Source: Eledone cirrhosa
Lineage: Eukaryota
Direction: 5' to 3'
NCBI GenBank assembly: GCA_964016885.1
Contig: OZ024740.1
Location: 242,544,001-242,608,000 of the forward strand
Length of the DNA stretch: 64,000 nt
Both the position numbers and the translations under genes were made by a program. Positions within the stretch are counted from its first letter, which is position 1; the number at the start of each line of letters is the position of its first letter. The notes beneath the pieces are model-generated. The model was not told the origin of the DNA. It saw only the letters and a program-made list of their open reading frames with translations, and did no database searches. This document shows, piece by piece, positions 39,653 to 54,151 of the stretch.

Positions 39653-39897
39653 GTGCCTAATTCTGGTGCATTTAGCCTCTCTGATACTCAGAAGAAAGAG
39701 GCCTGGAATCTCTGATACCAACTATATTAGTAGATACCATTCGTTTTTTTTAAATATTTTATAGCAACAAATTTTTAAAGTAAAGCTATGCGTCCTTTTT
39801 CTTCCATTTTAGGACAAAAGAACCCCCTCCCCTTTCAGTTGAGTGATCAGAAACAAAAAGATATAAAAACAAATGCTAAACACACATACATACACAA

Positions 39898-41280
39898 TGT
39901 GTTTTCAAAAAGGGTGACTGCACATCACCTGTGAATTATCATCCAGTCAGTCTTATTAGCTGCATTGCTAAACTGATGGAATCCTGAGTCAGAGAATCAC
40001 TTTGGAACTTCTGGAACTCTCACAGTCTTATCCGGCCCTCGCAATTTGGATTTATCCCTAACTCCAGCTGCTGAGATCAACTTATCGAGTTTCTTGAAGA
40101 CATCACCCGGATCACTGATGGCGGCTCATGGGTGGATGTTGTTTACCTTGACTTTGCTAAAGCTTTCAATTCTGTGCCACACAAAAGATTTATGGCAAAA
40201 CACTCTGCAATGGGTGTGAAGGATAATCTTTTTGACTGGTTGAAGTCCTTCATTCTCAGTTGAAGAGAGGTAGTCATGGTTCTAGGACAGCATTTTTCAC
40301 CGTATGAGATATCATCTGGTGTACCACAGGGATCTGTTCTCGGTCCCTTTTTGTTTGTGGCATATATTAATGACATAGATCCCAACTTAAAGAATGCCAC
40401 AGTACTGAAATATGCAGATGACATCAAGCTGTGCCTTGAGATAAAGAGGACAGATCCTGAATACTATAGATCTTTCCTGCAATCTGACCTGGACACAATG
40501 CAACAATGGATCACAGACTGGCAACTCAAGCTGGCTGTGGACAAGTGTGCCACCATGCATTTTTGGAGAAAAAAAGACAGTGTCCATTTACTCCCTCCAC
40601 AACACTAATAACAAGAAGTCTTCTTGTGAACGTTACCTGGGCATTACTGTCAGCAGCGATTTGCGTTGGACAAAGCACGTCTCTAAATTTGTCAAGAAGG
40701 ACGAGGGTGTCTTAGCATCACTCAGCAAGACCTTTGTCAGCCACTCTCCAGCTATCTATTTATAACTGGATATAGCTATGGTGCAACCAAGCGCATACTC
40801 TCCATCAGGCATCTACCATACTCTGAACGCCTTGCTTCTCTGGGGAAGGATACATTGAAGCTCCAACGTCTGGCAACTGACTTAGTAAACACCCACAAAA
40901 TTATTACCATCTTGCCAACAACAACCCTGAGTACCTTTTTGATTTCCCTGTGTCTAACACACGTGGGCATGCCAACAAAGTCAGAAAACAGCACAGCTCC
41001 CATGACTTTCAGAAACATTTTTTTCCCACTCAGAGTTGCTGAAGCATGGAACAAACTACCTGCATCAGTTATTAGCTGTCGAGACACTGCATCCTTTAAA
41101 ACCTCCATGCTTCCTGAGATTCGCCAACACTACACCTAATATTCCCTCTCCATACACACACACACATGTATATCATGACTCATACACTATTCACTTCCCT
41201 GACATTTGTATATTTTTTCTATGTACCATACATGCACATTTGATGAGTTGTGGTGCACCTGAGCACTGTACAAAACCTCC
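39898..41280 (+). mobile_element. CR1-clade LINE RT fragment, pseudogenised
   Basis: FKKGD...NYHPVSL, QFGF, YLDFAKAFNSVPH, SGVPQGSVLGPFLF..YINDI, KYADDIKL, FF.LRV.EAWNKLP. Confidence 0.9.
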
Positions 41281-41424
41281 AATTCCCTGCTAGTCATGCT
41301 TTTCCTGTTGATGTTCAGGCTGGTATCAGAAGTAGGAATCTCATTAATTTAGGAAAGCTTGCAAAGGTCATTAGCCTTGTCTCTCCTCTATTAAAACGAA
41401 CTTAAATGTGAAAAAAAATAAGTT

Positions 41425-41588
<164 letters not shown>

Positions 41589-41880
41589 CTTATATAGAAT
41601 TTCAGTTGCACTTCTATAAACGATCTGTGGAGTAGTAGAAATGTCAGAGTTAAAATATTCCTAGACCTATGAATATTGAAATAGGTTTAACAATTTTTTG
41701 AGCTAGAAGCTATCTATCAAAACATCTTTGAATGAGTTCATTTCCAGAAAGTTGTCTCTTCATTCTACCATCATTAAAAATAAAAGGACACATTAGTTAA
41801 TGTAGTCCTAGTTATTTATGTCTGAGATAAAAATAGACTGATCACACGATAACATTTTATGCAATATTTTGTAGTCAAAG

Positions 41881-42064
41881 GGCGGTGGATTGGCAGTATC
41901 AGTAGAGGGTCGGACGCCATGCTTTCCAGCATAGTTACGTCCCTTTACGATCTGAGTTCAAATCCTGCTGAGGTTGACTTTGCCTTTCATCCTTACGGGG
42001 TCGATAAAATAAAGTACCAGTAATGCACTGGGTAATTGCTGGCCTTGTGCCTAAAGTAGAAACA
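41881..42064 (+). mobile_element. Full-length Meta-domain-like SINE with perfect 18-bp TSD
   Basis: AATATTTTGTAGTCAAAG at 41863-41880 and 42065-42082. Confidence 0.94.
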
Positions 42065-42723
42065 AATATTTTGTAGTCAAAGGCTTATCATTTGAAGTGA
42101 GTAGAATTGACAAAATTGACTTCTCTGAATCTCTAAATATACTTCCTAGATCGGACTCTACTACATCTACAATCAAAGTAGGACCTGCAGCTAGTCGCAA
42201 GCAGGTTTATTTTCAAAGGAAATTTTCAAAATGCAGAGAGAAGCCTCTACATGGTTTGATCTGCTGGTACCATTATCAGTACTTTGCAGGTAGTTGTTCA
42301 ATCCTAGGCCAGTTCTATTGATTGTATAGGTCTACTGGACCAGACCTCTATGTGTTTCTCAACCTAGATAAAAGTTAAATATCTCTCAAATCATAATCTG
42401 CCATCTTAAAAAAGGAGGGACACATTGGACAACACAGCTGAAATGGAATAACTTTGAACATAGGTTTGTTAAATTGGAGTTGTTTTGGTTCTAAACAACA
42501 ACAGACACTAAAATAGATTTATATGCTTAGTGGATTTTTATTTCTTCCTTTAGAATTTGTAAACCAGCTCTATTTACACTGCCATTGTGTATTTTGCACT
42601 GAATTATAATTTTTTCTTCTTAGACTCTAATGATGAGGATCATAAGAATCTTTGATGTTGTTTTTTAGTGGGGAATGGGATATGAATGTCATGTAACATT
42701 AAAACATGATGTTAAATGATAAT

Positions 42724-43298
42724 ATCATCATCATCACCATTTTACATTGATGTCTCCATGCTAGCATGGGTTAGATATTTTGTCCTGTTGTAGGCAATGC
42801 CAGGTCATGTGACCATGATGCCTTGCTCATACAGAATTGATTCTGGCTTGATTTCTACAGCTGGATGCCCTTCCTAACACCAACCTCATTTACAGTGAGT
42901 ACTGGGTGCTTTTTTACAGTAGTGTCTACATGACCACTTTACAGTGCGGGCTGGGTGCTTTTTTGCTGTGGCACCTCCATGACCATTTTGCAGTAGTAGT
43001 GGGTGGGGGCATATTGTGTATATGCTTCAGCTTCGGCTTGTACCCGTGGGAAGTCGGATCTTCTGTATTACTGTGTGACGCCAGAAGTCATGGTCCTGTA
43101 TCATCACCTTTGAGAGTTGTAATTGGGTAAGGTCAGCTTTTATCACCTCATCCCAGGTCTTCCATCGACTTCTAGTGCTCTGCACCTTTTTATGCAGCTG
43201 TCATCCTTCATACGCATCACATGTCCATACCAACACAACCTCCTCTCCTGCACACATCATTTGATTCCTCTTATGCTCAGTCCCTCTTTCAATTTGTT
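42724..43298 (-). mobile_element. RTE LINE 3' fragment
   Basis: RRLCWYGHVMRMKDDSCIKRCR on the minus strand, plus the 3' UTR module and (CAT)n. Confidence 0.88.
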
Positions 43299-43371
43299 TA
43301 TGCTTTATATATATATGTATATATGTGTATATATATATGTATATATATATATGTGTATATATGTATCTATA

Positions 43372-44675
43372 CAGAGTGCGGACGATATTTGTTCGCAAGA
43401 TTACTGTATAGGAAAAAATAACACAGTAGTTTTATTTTTTAAGATATATTTATCAAACTTGGGTCAGTTTGTCTTCGTGACTTGTTCTTTCGATCTCACT
43501 CGATAAACCCACCATTTACTTTGATGACGGCCTCAATGCGGCCTCGGAACCGACTACAGGCCTTCGTCACTGTCCCTCGACTTAGGCCCCTAAAGGCACT
43601 TGTGATCCTGGCCTTCAGATCGTCTTCCGTATTGCAGCTAGATCTGTTGGTGTCTCATTCCACTGCGCCCCACACAAAGAAGTTGAGGGGGTTGCAGTCA
43701 GGCGAGCTGGGAGGCCAGTTGTCAGGTGAAGTCTGGTCGACGAAGTTCTCTGACAGCCAGGCTTGGGTCTTTCGGCTGGTATGGCAGGGCGCTGAGTCTT
43801 GCTGCCACACGTACAGCCTACCTGCAGCTACCTGGTTGATCCAGGGCTTTACTACCTCGCTCAGAACACGGATGTAGCCATCAGTGTTCAGCTTGAGGCC
43901 CTCAGGGAAGAAGTGAGGTGGCATGACATCCCCTTGACTGCTGACAACACCTAAGACAGATGTTGTCGCTGGAAACTTTGTCTACATGACTCTGGGCATG
44001 ACTTTGGATGAGACAGCGAGCCACCTGTTGTTCTGGGAGTTGATCTGCTGGTCTTGGCAGAAGTTTTTCTCATCAGAGAAAAACCACATGTCTGGCTCCA
44101 GTGGGTGTTTCAACTTGTTGATCAGCTTCTTTACGTGCTTCAGTCACTTTTTTTGCATCGCCTTTGACAGAAATTGTCCTTTCCTCATCTTGTATGAAAC
44201 ATAGCAAATGTCTTCATGTACCACCAGCCTAATGAGCTTTTCATCCACGCCTTTCTCCCTTGCAATGGCATGCATCGACTTGCTAGGTTCATTGTTGATG
44301 ATATCCTGAACTGCAGCGACGAACTCGGGCATTCTGAAGGCGTCAGATCGTCGATCATGTGTTTTCCTCTCTGATGTTGCTTCGTAGTCGAATCCTGAAT
44401 ATTCCAATTCCTTTATGACCTTATCCACCATTCTCCTGCTGACGCTGAGAAAGTCGGAAATTTCCTTATTTGTCCTCCTAGCACGGATTCTAAGACGAAC
44501 TCAGTGTCTCTTCCACAAATTTGGAGGTTCAAAATTATTCATAATCAATTATTCTGAAAATAAATAACGGAAATATAGTCATTGTTTTTATGAAGACAAG
44601 AGTGACAACAGAAGTAAAAAAAATTTGCGTAAAATTAGCAGTTGAAAATTGCGAACAAATATCGTCCACACCCTG
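43372..44675 (-). mobile_element. maT-type (DD37D) transposon, second copy, inverted relative to the first
   Basis: Same TIRs with TA flanks. WFFSDEKNF and QQD-(37 aa)-N(FFVWG), the third D mutated to N; internal stop at about 44144. Confidence 0.93.
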
Positions 44676-45133
44676 TATATATATATGTATGCACATTACT
44701 GGTTGAATTCTATATTAGCAGGGATTCCAAATTTTGAATTCACCCACCTTAACATGTTTTTCTGATAAACTCGTTTCCCTATATTTAGAGGTCATGTGAC
44801 ATGACAGTGCAGGACTGTTAGGTTTGCAAACCTAGCCATACATGCAACAGTGCAAACCTTAAGACTTTCCTACTGAAGAAATGTGATGGCCTGATTGCGT
44901 AATATCTGCTGATACTACCCAATTTCTGCATACTGCTGCTTTAATAACTGTGATAGGCAGAATATTGCATAGAAACGGAATCTGTCTAGGAGTTAGATAC
45001 ATGTATCTTTACCAAAACACTGCCACAGTACTCACTATATTAATATTATGTGGGCACTCTAAACATGAAGATGTAGTTTCACAACTGCCTACAAGCTTAT
45101 TGTCTCATTGATTGACTTTCATAAACTTTTGTG

Positions 45134-45196
<63 letters not shown>

Positions 45197-45212
45197 AGGC
45201 GCGTGTGTGTGT

Positions 45213-45340
45213 AGATTCCTAGTTAAATTTGGGGGTAACTAATAAGGTACTCAATACATTAATAGAGCGTAAACATCAATATCAAATATATAAATGGCTT
45301 CTACAGTACTACAACTGTTTCATTCGCATGAATTCATCAG
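45213..45340 (-). mobile_element. Small hammerhead-bearing element between (TG)n and (TA)n
   Basis: Homologous to 54455-54578 throughout. Confidence 0.75.
45297..45340 (-). ncRNA. Hammerhead core with canonical stems II and III; 5' strand of stem I lost
   Basis: Minus strand: CTGATGA-ATTC-ATGC-GAAT-GAAA-CAGT-TGTAGT-ACTG-TA-GAAG. Confidence 0.72.
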
Positions 45341-45566
45341 ATATATATATATATATAAATATATATATAATGATGATATATATATTTTAAAAAAATTGTT
45401 TTCGCTCTTAACATTGTGGATACCTAAATGAATTTGTGAGTGAATAATAACAATTTTATAATAATATCATAATATTATTAATATTCGGTTTGTTTGCAAG
45501 CAAACAGCCTCACCAACAAATAACATGAAGCATTTTCTCTGACACTACTGATTGTGTATATTACCC

Positions 45567-45598
<32 letters not shown>

Positions 45599-46082
45599 AA
45601 AACTTACATTCCAAGAGGCCATTTTTTAGTTGATTTGTTAGTAAGTTGATCGTCTAACACAGTATGTACCAGTAAGCCCATATATGTTACATTGATACTG
45701 CAGGTTTCCATATGAGTGTTATATGTATACAGTATATAGAGGTACATATATAACATGTAATAATCAACTTAAATACTGTAAAGCTAATGACAATAAATTG
45801 TTAAAGAAAATAAAGTACTTTTTCAATTCTGCGAAAGCACAATGGTGTCCCATTCCGTAGGTACGATGTCGACTAGTTTTTATGTTGCAAAAGAAAGAAC
45901 CCTTTTTTTATGCTGCAAAAGAAAGAACCCAGGGCCCGAAAGAGCCTACAAAAACCAACCCATTGAAACTCAGACAATTTTTTTTTCTTCTTGAAACTGT
46001 TCGTATCTGCAGAAGTTTGTAAGTAGGATGTAGGATGTTTGTAAAGTGAGGACTTACTGTATATATAAAATATGTGTGTAGA

Positions 46083-46380
46083 AGCATGTGGTTTAGTGGT
46101 TGGGGTCTTTGGTTCACAATCATGAGTTTGATTCCTGGCAACACATTGAATATGACACTTTATTTCACATTACTCCCATCCACTCAACTGGCAAAAATGA
46201 TTTCTGTAATTCAAAAAGCCAGCCTTGTTGCACACTGTAGCACACTGAATCTCCCTGGGAACCATATTAAGGATACATGTGTCTGTGAAAAGCTCAGCTA
46301 CTTGCATGTTAATTCTATGACCAAACAGTTACATTGGTGAAACAGATAGACCACTCACCATTGGAACCAATGGAGCTCCA
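46083..46380 (+). mobile_element. Degenerate tRNA/CORE SINE
   Basis: TGGTTTAGTGG, GAGTTTGATTCC, GACACTTTATTTCACATT; the right boundary is uncertain. Confidence 0.6.
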
Positions 46381-46755
46381 ATGTATATTGCTTGCAATGT
46401 TTTCATGAGAGCTGATTGTAAAGAACACATCTAAGTGATACAAGTGAAAAATATTTTCAATCAACTAAGGATTTCCCTCCAGCAGTGTACCAAATGGTGC
46501 AACCATATGTTTTTTTTTATACATATAGAAACATCTCTATAAATACACCAATGATACATAATTTTACACACAATAACACTTTCACACTGAATCATATTCA
46601 CAAACAGAAGTATCTGCACTCAACAAAAATATGAGACCTTTTAATTCATTGTTTCAAGAATTTGCTGTTTGTGCATGTCTAAAGGTGATTATTGTAATAA
46701 AATGTCTTAACGTTTTTCAATAAGTGAACGAATCCTTAGTAAAAATATTAATGCT

Positions 46756-46856
<101 letters not shown>

Positions 46857-47224
46857 GTAGACAGAAAAAAAAATCATCACCATTTGCATTAAGTGTAATT
46901 TCTGAAGAAAATACTATGCTACCATATTATTTCAATCCAGGAAGTCAGTAGGTTGAGGGAAAATCACTATAAGAGGAAATTAGTTCTTAAAAAAAAACAA
47001 AAAAAAAAAAACACATTTAAAGACCTTTTTTTAAAAATAAATAACTAGTGATAAAAAAAAAAACATATGTGTATGAAGCATAGCTGTGTGGTTAAAAATT
47101 GTGGCTGCAAGTTCAGTACCACTGCATGACATCTTGGGCAAGTGTTTTGTACTATAGCTTTTAGCTTTGGGTTAATTTGGCAACAAGAAATTGTCAACTT
47201 CTAAGATGCTCTTACTGCTAACTA

Positions 47225-47522
47225 CTCATGTGCCCCTGCTGTATAAAAAGTCTTTCTACTTTACGAGCTTGTCTGTGATCCCACTGCATCTCTTCTGAAA
47301 TCTATATTTTATATTGAGTACACCATATGGCATTCCTACCAACTCTGTTGCTTCATATCATGCATAGCTATAGAATCCTGTCTTCTGTCCTGCTAACTAC
47401 AATTTTTGTCTTTGGTAGCTTTATTTTAATGTCCCTTGGTTCTAGATTTTGCTTCCATATTTGGAATTTCTTTTCTAATTCTTTGATAGATTCAGTTATG
47501 AGAACTAGGCTGTCAGCATGGA
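47225..47522 (-). mobile_element. Old RTE fragment covering ADD to the PHD region
   Basis: Minus strand HADSLVLITESIKELEKKFQIWKQ ... KRCSGITDKL. Confidence 0.75.
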
Positions 47523-47779
47523 GAGGTGAACAGAAACAAACTGTACAGTGTGCTAGAACTCTACAACATCAGATGTCAACTTATGGACAACATTCAAGCT
47601 ACACACACAGCATGAGTGCAGTTGAATATCAAGACTTACAAACTGGTTTCAGATCTCATCCAGAGTGAAACGAGAATAGAATTCCCTAACATCAGATGTC
47701 AACTATTGGACAACATTTGAGTTATTTACACAAACAGTATGAGTGCTGTCTGAACATCAGAATGAGTTGGGATTACACC

Positions 47780-48420
47780 CAAGGTAAGACAGGGATGTGT
47801 CATGTTACCCCTTTTATTCATCATATACATAGTCAGAATCACAAGAGAAGCTAACCCAGACACAGAAGCCCAGAAAAAATTATTGTTTATTGATAACTAG
47901 TGCCTTGCATGTGAGAAAGAAGAAAATCTATAAAAGCATTCCACCAGCTTGAAAAAAGTATGTGAACAGTATAACATGGAAATTAGTAACAGCAAGACAG
48001 AGGTGATCAAGCTTTGCAGATTATCAGGCAACCTCATCATTGACCTCAATATATCCAAACTGAAACAAGTGTAAGAGTTCTAGTACTTAGAGGGCACCTT
48101 CATTGAAACTGGAAGACTAAACAGACAGAGTGAGGCCAATAACATCAGCTACCAAACTGTCCCACTCCTCACACCATAAAATGAAAACTAAAGCTAAGCT
48201 GATCAACTAAATCCTCATTCTCAGATACTCATACCAATGCCAAACCTGGATTCTTTACAGCACAAAGTCATGATCTCTGAGATGCACTGCCTGAATAAAA
48301 TGTCAACAAGATCAGATAAGACAAGTTCATGAACAACAAGATTAGGAAAATGGTAGTGACAAACCCAATACATTGTCACATATAACAAAGAGTATGATGG
48401 TTGGGGCACATCTGGAGAAA
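47780..48420 (+). mobile_element. Highly decayed RTE-like RT fragment
   Basis: GVRQGCVMLPLLFIIYI, LKQV.EF.YL.G and .EMHCL.K remnants. Confidence 0.6.
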
Positions 48421-50424
48421 GTCAACCTACCAGTCTGTCAGATTATCAGGTGTATAACACAAGGATGTCTGACTATAAGGCCTGAAGCTGACATAAGGAA
48501 ATAATTGTTGTGGAACTTCAACACCTATTTAACATTATGTCTGACAGTTCTTACACAGAAATGAATCATTACATCCTTTTCTAGCTATTTTGGGTTTCTT
48601 TTCAATTCTTTTTTAATTTTAAAGACAATATTAGATATCTCATCTTGTTTCAAATATATTATTTATTTTTCTTCACCTTTTGTTTGTGTTTCATTGATTA
48701 ATTGAAAATGAAATTACAAAACAGATGGTTTAAAATATCTTCACACAGAATTTATCATTCAATGATTATTAAAATTTTACTTTTATTTCTATATTTTTAT
48801 ATTACATAATAACCCCAAATCGATTTTTCTTAAACATTTAAAATTTTCAATTCATGTGTGCATAATAAATGCAATCCTGATTTTTTGTTTCCTTGAAACA
48901 GTTGGGCTTAACCGACATTTAGTGGAACATGACAAACTTCATTTTAGAGATCTAAAGCTAACCTGATATTAATAATTTTGTCGACAACAACAACTATAAA
49001 TGCCTAAAAGATTTGATTTAAACTATTCACCGTCAACTTTAACAATGCTGAGAAAGAGCATTAACCATATCTTCACCGCTATCATTATTATTTTCATCAT
49101 CATCACACTGATCTTGAGATTCTCTTTGGTTTTATTATCTTCTTCGTTCTCCTCGTTATCATCATCTTAGCACACTTTTCTTCAATACAAATGTCAAATG
49201 GCCTGGATCAAATTAAATGAAATAAGTTTTACAAACTTTCTTTCTGTTAAATTTTTATGTCCTCTTTTTCAATATTATGCAAGCATGCAATTTAGACACT
49301 TGCATGAATTATTGGATCAAGTGTTTAACAGCTGAACAGACTTCTTATTGATAACTACTGAACCATGATGTGAGAATCATACCTATGTTTTGCATGGTAT
49401 GTTGAAGGGAATTAGATTATATGCATTACTGATAAACACACCAGTGCCGCACACATTTATCAAGCTTTCCAAACTCCATCATATAATGTACATTTAACAT
49501 ATTATGTTGATGAAATCTCAGTTCTGTCAATTCATATCACCATAGACACAGCTGTATGCTAAATCCAGTCATACAGACACCACACAGAAGAGATTAGCAG
49601 TCAGACTAAACAAATGTATTATTTCATTTTACTCACATTCAAAGTAAGAGAACGTTCTTCAACAATTTATATTGTAGATTACAACTCATCATCTCAAACA
49701 TAATAAAGAATAGAACTTCAGATATTAACATATCAACTTTGTATATGGGAAATACACAGAGGGAGCCTCTGCATCGTTTCATGATTTGCAGCCAAATCTC
49801 TTCAAATTGAACACTACCGTTTGAAAAACAGGAAGGATATATTGGATAATATAATCCAAGACACACTACGACAAAAACGTAAGGATAGAATCATTATGGC
49901 TGGAATACTTTTGATCAGAGGTCCATTTGACAAAACTGACATGGGCTAAACAACAACAACACCAAATTCATGATACTTTTAGTTTTGATGTTAAAAACAC
50001 AGATGTAGACAGCAACTCTCACTATATCCAGGCATTGATCCAATGTGAGAGCCTCTACATGGATGTTTGGCCTATTAAAATTGCTGCCAGGGGATAGATT
50101 AGGTAATGAGATCTTGAATTCTTTACACATAGGAAAAGGGCAGGGTGGTCAGGGTTGGAATGCCTTTGATCACAGATATGGTCAGCCTGGGATTAAACAA
50201 CAACATTTGATCTCTAAACCAGAGAGGGAGCCTTTACAGTGTTTCTCCACCTGCTAGCCCTAAAACTGGATATTAAATAACCTAGTCCTCATTATAATAT
50301 AACAAAAAAGAAGACATTGATTAAACATTGAAAATTTAACATGGGCATTTAAAACTTGGTGGAGCTCATCTCCCTCTAGGTCTGAACACAGCCAATTTCT
50401 TCTAGAGAAGACATAGATGAAGAA

Positions 50425-50582
50425 TCAACCCCAGTACTGGATTGGTACTTTATCTATAAACCTTGAAAGAATGAAAGGTGAAGATGGTCTTGGTGGGATT
50501 TGAACTCAATGTGCAGAGAGCCAGAATGAATGCTGTGAAGCATTCTATCTGAGATTCTAATAACTCTGCCACTTCACTGCCC
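50425..50582 (-). mobile_element. Meta-domain-like SINE, degenerate
   Basis: GGTACTTTATC..GAATGAAAGG..GGGATTTGAACTC. Confidence 0.7.
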
Positions 50583-51940
50583 GTGAAACATGTAACAGCA
50601 GCATGCAACTTAACATCATATGTAGAAGACATCCAAAAAGTGATGATTCTACCCAATAGCAATTGTTGTACTCTTACTGACTCAACTTTATCCACTTCCA
50701 CTAATTTACAGATCATAACAAGAAGTCTTTATGTGATTGTTCAACGTTCTACATATAGCAGCGAAATCTCCTTGAAATTGTGCTCCACTGTCTTAAAAAG
50801 AAAGTAAACATTGGATAATGCAGTCCTAGATATTTGAAAGAAAAAAAAATGTTATGGTCATGGTTAGAATATCTTATATCATAGGTCTGTTTAATTAGAG
50901 ATAAACAACAATAAAAAATTACATGTAGATTTTTGATCAACAACCTATGTGTCATAGATCTGCTCAATCAAGGCTGAACTGGGACTACACAAAAGCAATA
51001 ACATTTAATCTACTCATACAAATCAAGAGAATATAACTTATTAACTCATATCACACTTAACTATGTCACCTCATTCAGACTTGCAAAAAATACTTTATTA
51101 ATTTATGACATTAGCACATCAGTGTTATTCACATGACACACAAAGGACACTTAATGGCCCAAATATTTCTCTATATGAATTCAAACATATTTAATTTAGT
51201 TCCCAAATAATTCTTATATTAAAGCTCCTGAGAAAAAGCATGTGGAGCCTGATAACTGAAGTAGTATTATTTCAAACTAGTTGAATCTTATCAGCCTGCA
51301 AACACTTATCATCCCTGTGTTAAATGCTAATGTATATGTTTCATCTGAGATAAACTGTTGTACACAAACCATTACATAGGGTTTGAAATAGCAGCCATAT
51401 TTCCTTTGAGTTGCATACCACATTGAAAAAAGAAAAAGACATATTGAAATAATGTAGCCCTGGATATATTGTCTGAACACAAAACATGATGGTCATGTCT
51501 GGAATGTCTCTAATTATATGTCTACTCGGGCTGGCTGACCTGGTGTTAAACAACAACAACAACAAAAACATCAATATAAATGCTTGCAACAAGCTGAAAA
51601 AACATGGCGGGGATATTGAAATTAAAGTACTTTTAAACTTTCCTCAATGAGCCTCGCAAACCAGAGGACTACTATAAGCCAATCTTGTAGTTCAATCTGC
51701 TAGAAATAGCAATCAAATCAACCTCAAACCACACCCCACCATCTTTAAAAAATGGAAGGACATATTAGATAATGTAGGATTAGATATTTCTAAACAAATG
51801 GAATGGCCACAGCTGGAATGCCTTTGATCTTATGTCTGCTCAATTAGGGTTAACTTGGTATCAAACAACAGCCTTAATGGCAATGAGAGCTAGGGCTAGA
51901 AACTAGACTGGGCATCAATTCACTCTGCACTCACCATATA

Positions 51941-52126
51941 CGAGGGTCCACTGAAAAGTTCATAGGCTGACCAAGATACTCTCATGGAATGAGTTTATTT
52001 TTCAACATAGTCCCTGGAAAGAAACGATGCAGTTATTAATAAGAGTTGAAATTAATGCATGCAAGATTTCATAGCACTAGCATCACTCCTTCATAGTCAG
52101 CCTATGAACTTTTCAGCTGACCCCCA
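51941..52126. mobile_element. Mariner-type MITE
   Basis: TA-CGAGGGTCCACTGAAAAGTTCATAGGCTGAC ... GTCAGCCTATGAACTTTTCAGCTGACCCCCA-TA, TIRs of about 31 bp. Confidence 0.85.
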
Positions 52127-54120
52127 TACAAGTCTATGGGGAACCCTTTAAATGGTCACTTAACCTGCTAGAAATAGAAACAAAATCTCCCTTAAATCAC
52201 ACCCTATCATCTTAAATAAGAAAAAGATACATTGCAGTAGTCATAGAAATACCAACAAAATAATGATAAGGTCCCAACTGGAAGGCTGGAATTGCTAATG
52301 TGTTTTTAATTAGGTAAATTACCCTTAAAATCTTTGCAGCATTTCTTCTGGCTCTTTGCATCCTAAGTTCTAATTTCACTAAGGTCAGCTTTCTCTATCA
52401 GCCTCCTTGGACTGATAATATAAAGTACCACTTAAGTACTACAGTTGATTTAATTGACTAACCTCCAGCTTTTGTGGTCTTGTGCCTATGCTTAAATAAC
52501 AATGAAATGGATGCTTTCTAGGAAAAGCATCTTACACATACTTGTATATATATATTCATTTGACTTTGTCAGTTGTTGCAATTCAAGCACTATAGAGATT
52601 TGGTTTTGTCCTGATGACTCAACAAGATGCAAATAAGTTTTTTTTACCCATCTCCCTTGCATTCCAGCTAGGCAGCTGTGAAGTTGTAAAACAACAAAGA
52701 AAGATGTAATGTATATGATGGTGAAAAAAAAAAGACCCTCAGTAAATCTTTCAGTAAATGTTGATTTTTAAAAAGATCATGATAATCTATATGTAAAAAT
52801 AAAAAGAATGGAAACAAAAATGCTATGAATTTTTGTATTCTAAACAAAGTATAAAGTTATGGAAACTGAAACTTTTATTAGTTGAAATATAAAGCTGTGT
52901 ATAAATTAAAGGACAAATACTAAAGTCAATGGAAGGTGGAGAAATAATACTTTCTCCTTATTCTGCAGAATTTTCTCTTTATAATCTCATATACGATAAT
53001 AATTTTATGTCCCTATCATTTTCCCAATAGACATAGATAAGGATGAATATAATTTTCAACAACAGTCTTTTAACCTTAGTGATTTTTTTCTGTACAGTTA
53101 AAATGTCTTTCAATCTTGAACAGCTATCTCTTCTTTTATCTTTTGCCCTAGATACTATCAACCACAAACAGGACAGTTTTCTCAAAGTTGCTATAACCCA
53201 TTCACATCATGTCAAAACTCCCACAAACAACTCTGTCTCTCTTTCTTTCTCTCTTCTAGTTTATTATATCCTCCTTTTCTCTCTTACCCTACTCCTTTTC
53301 TCTCTCTTGCTCTTGTATATGCAAACATGTGTGCTTCTCTTTTTAAATGTTATTTTTAGGAGAATAAACATGACATATTCTAACAACCAAATGCTGGTTG
53401 TTACATAGTCAACCTTCCCCTTTAGGTCTACTTTTCTAATATCTTATTTCATATGTTTTTTTTTTCAAATAAAGTTATGCTCAATAAACAGTATAGATGA
53501 AAAGTTATAACCTTTAAGCAACTGTGAAGTAGCTTTAGATATATTATAAAAGACATACTTTCAATGAGACACACAATTATACATTTATGTTTATATATAA
53601 ATATATATATGGGTTCATATCTGTGTGAGTGTATGTGTGTGCAGTAATAATATGCAGTTCAATAATAATCCCAAGCTGCCAAAAACACCCTCATATGTAT
53701 TAATTTCACAGCAAGACTAAATAGATATGCATATGACTCCTTCTATTTATTTATTCAGACTGACAATCTAGTAATTATGTTTATATATGTTAACTGGGAG
53801 ATGTGGATATTCACGTGATTCACTAGTTTCTGAGAATTGGAGGGGCAGACAAACTAAAGAAAGGATTTGAGGCAGAACAATGAATGCAATAGGAAATGAA
53901 ACTATAAAGAGTTGTGGGAAACTCCCATGTATACACTTCATGTAGTTATCTTGTATGACAAGGGCTGTATTCAAACATGACTACTGCTTTTATTGAAACA
54001 GCAAAAGCAGTAGCCTTAGTGATTCTACCTTTCTGTCTAATTACAAAATAAAATACATCAACTTCCCACTACACTAAAAAACAATAGTCAACAATTATTT
54101 GTGAATCAAATAATTGTGTG

Positions 54121-54151
<31 letters not shown>

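Larger units (their letters stand above)
49790..52290 (+). repeat. Cluster of at least 6 same-orientation copies of an old interspersed repeat ending in (CAA)n
   Basis: Recurrent TAGAAATAGCAGCCAAATCT..ATTGGATAAT..GGCTGGAATGCCTTTGATC..CTAAACAACAAC at about 49790, 50075, 50755, 51385, 51695 and 52165. Confidence 0.75.
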
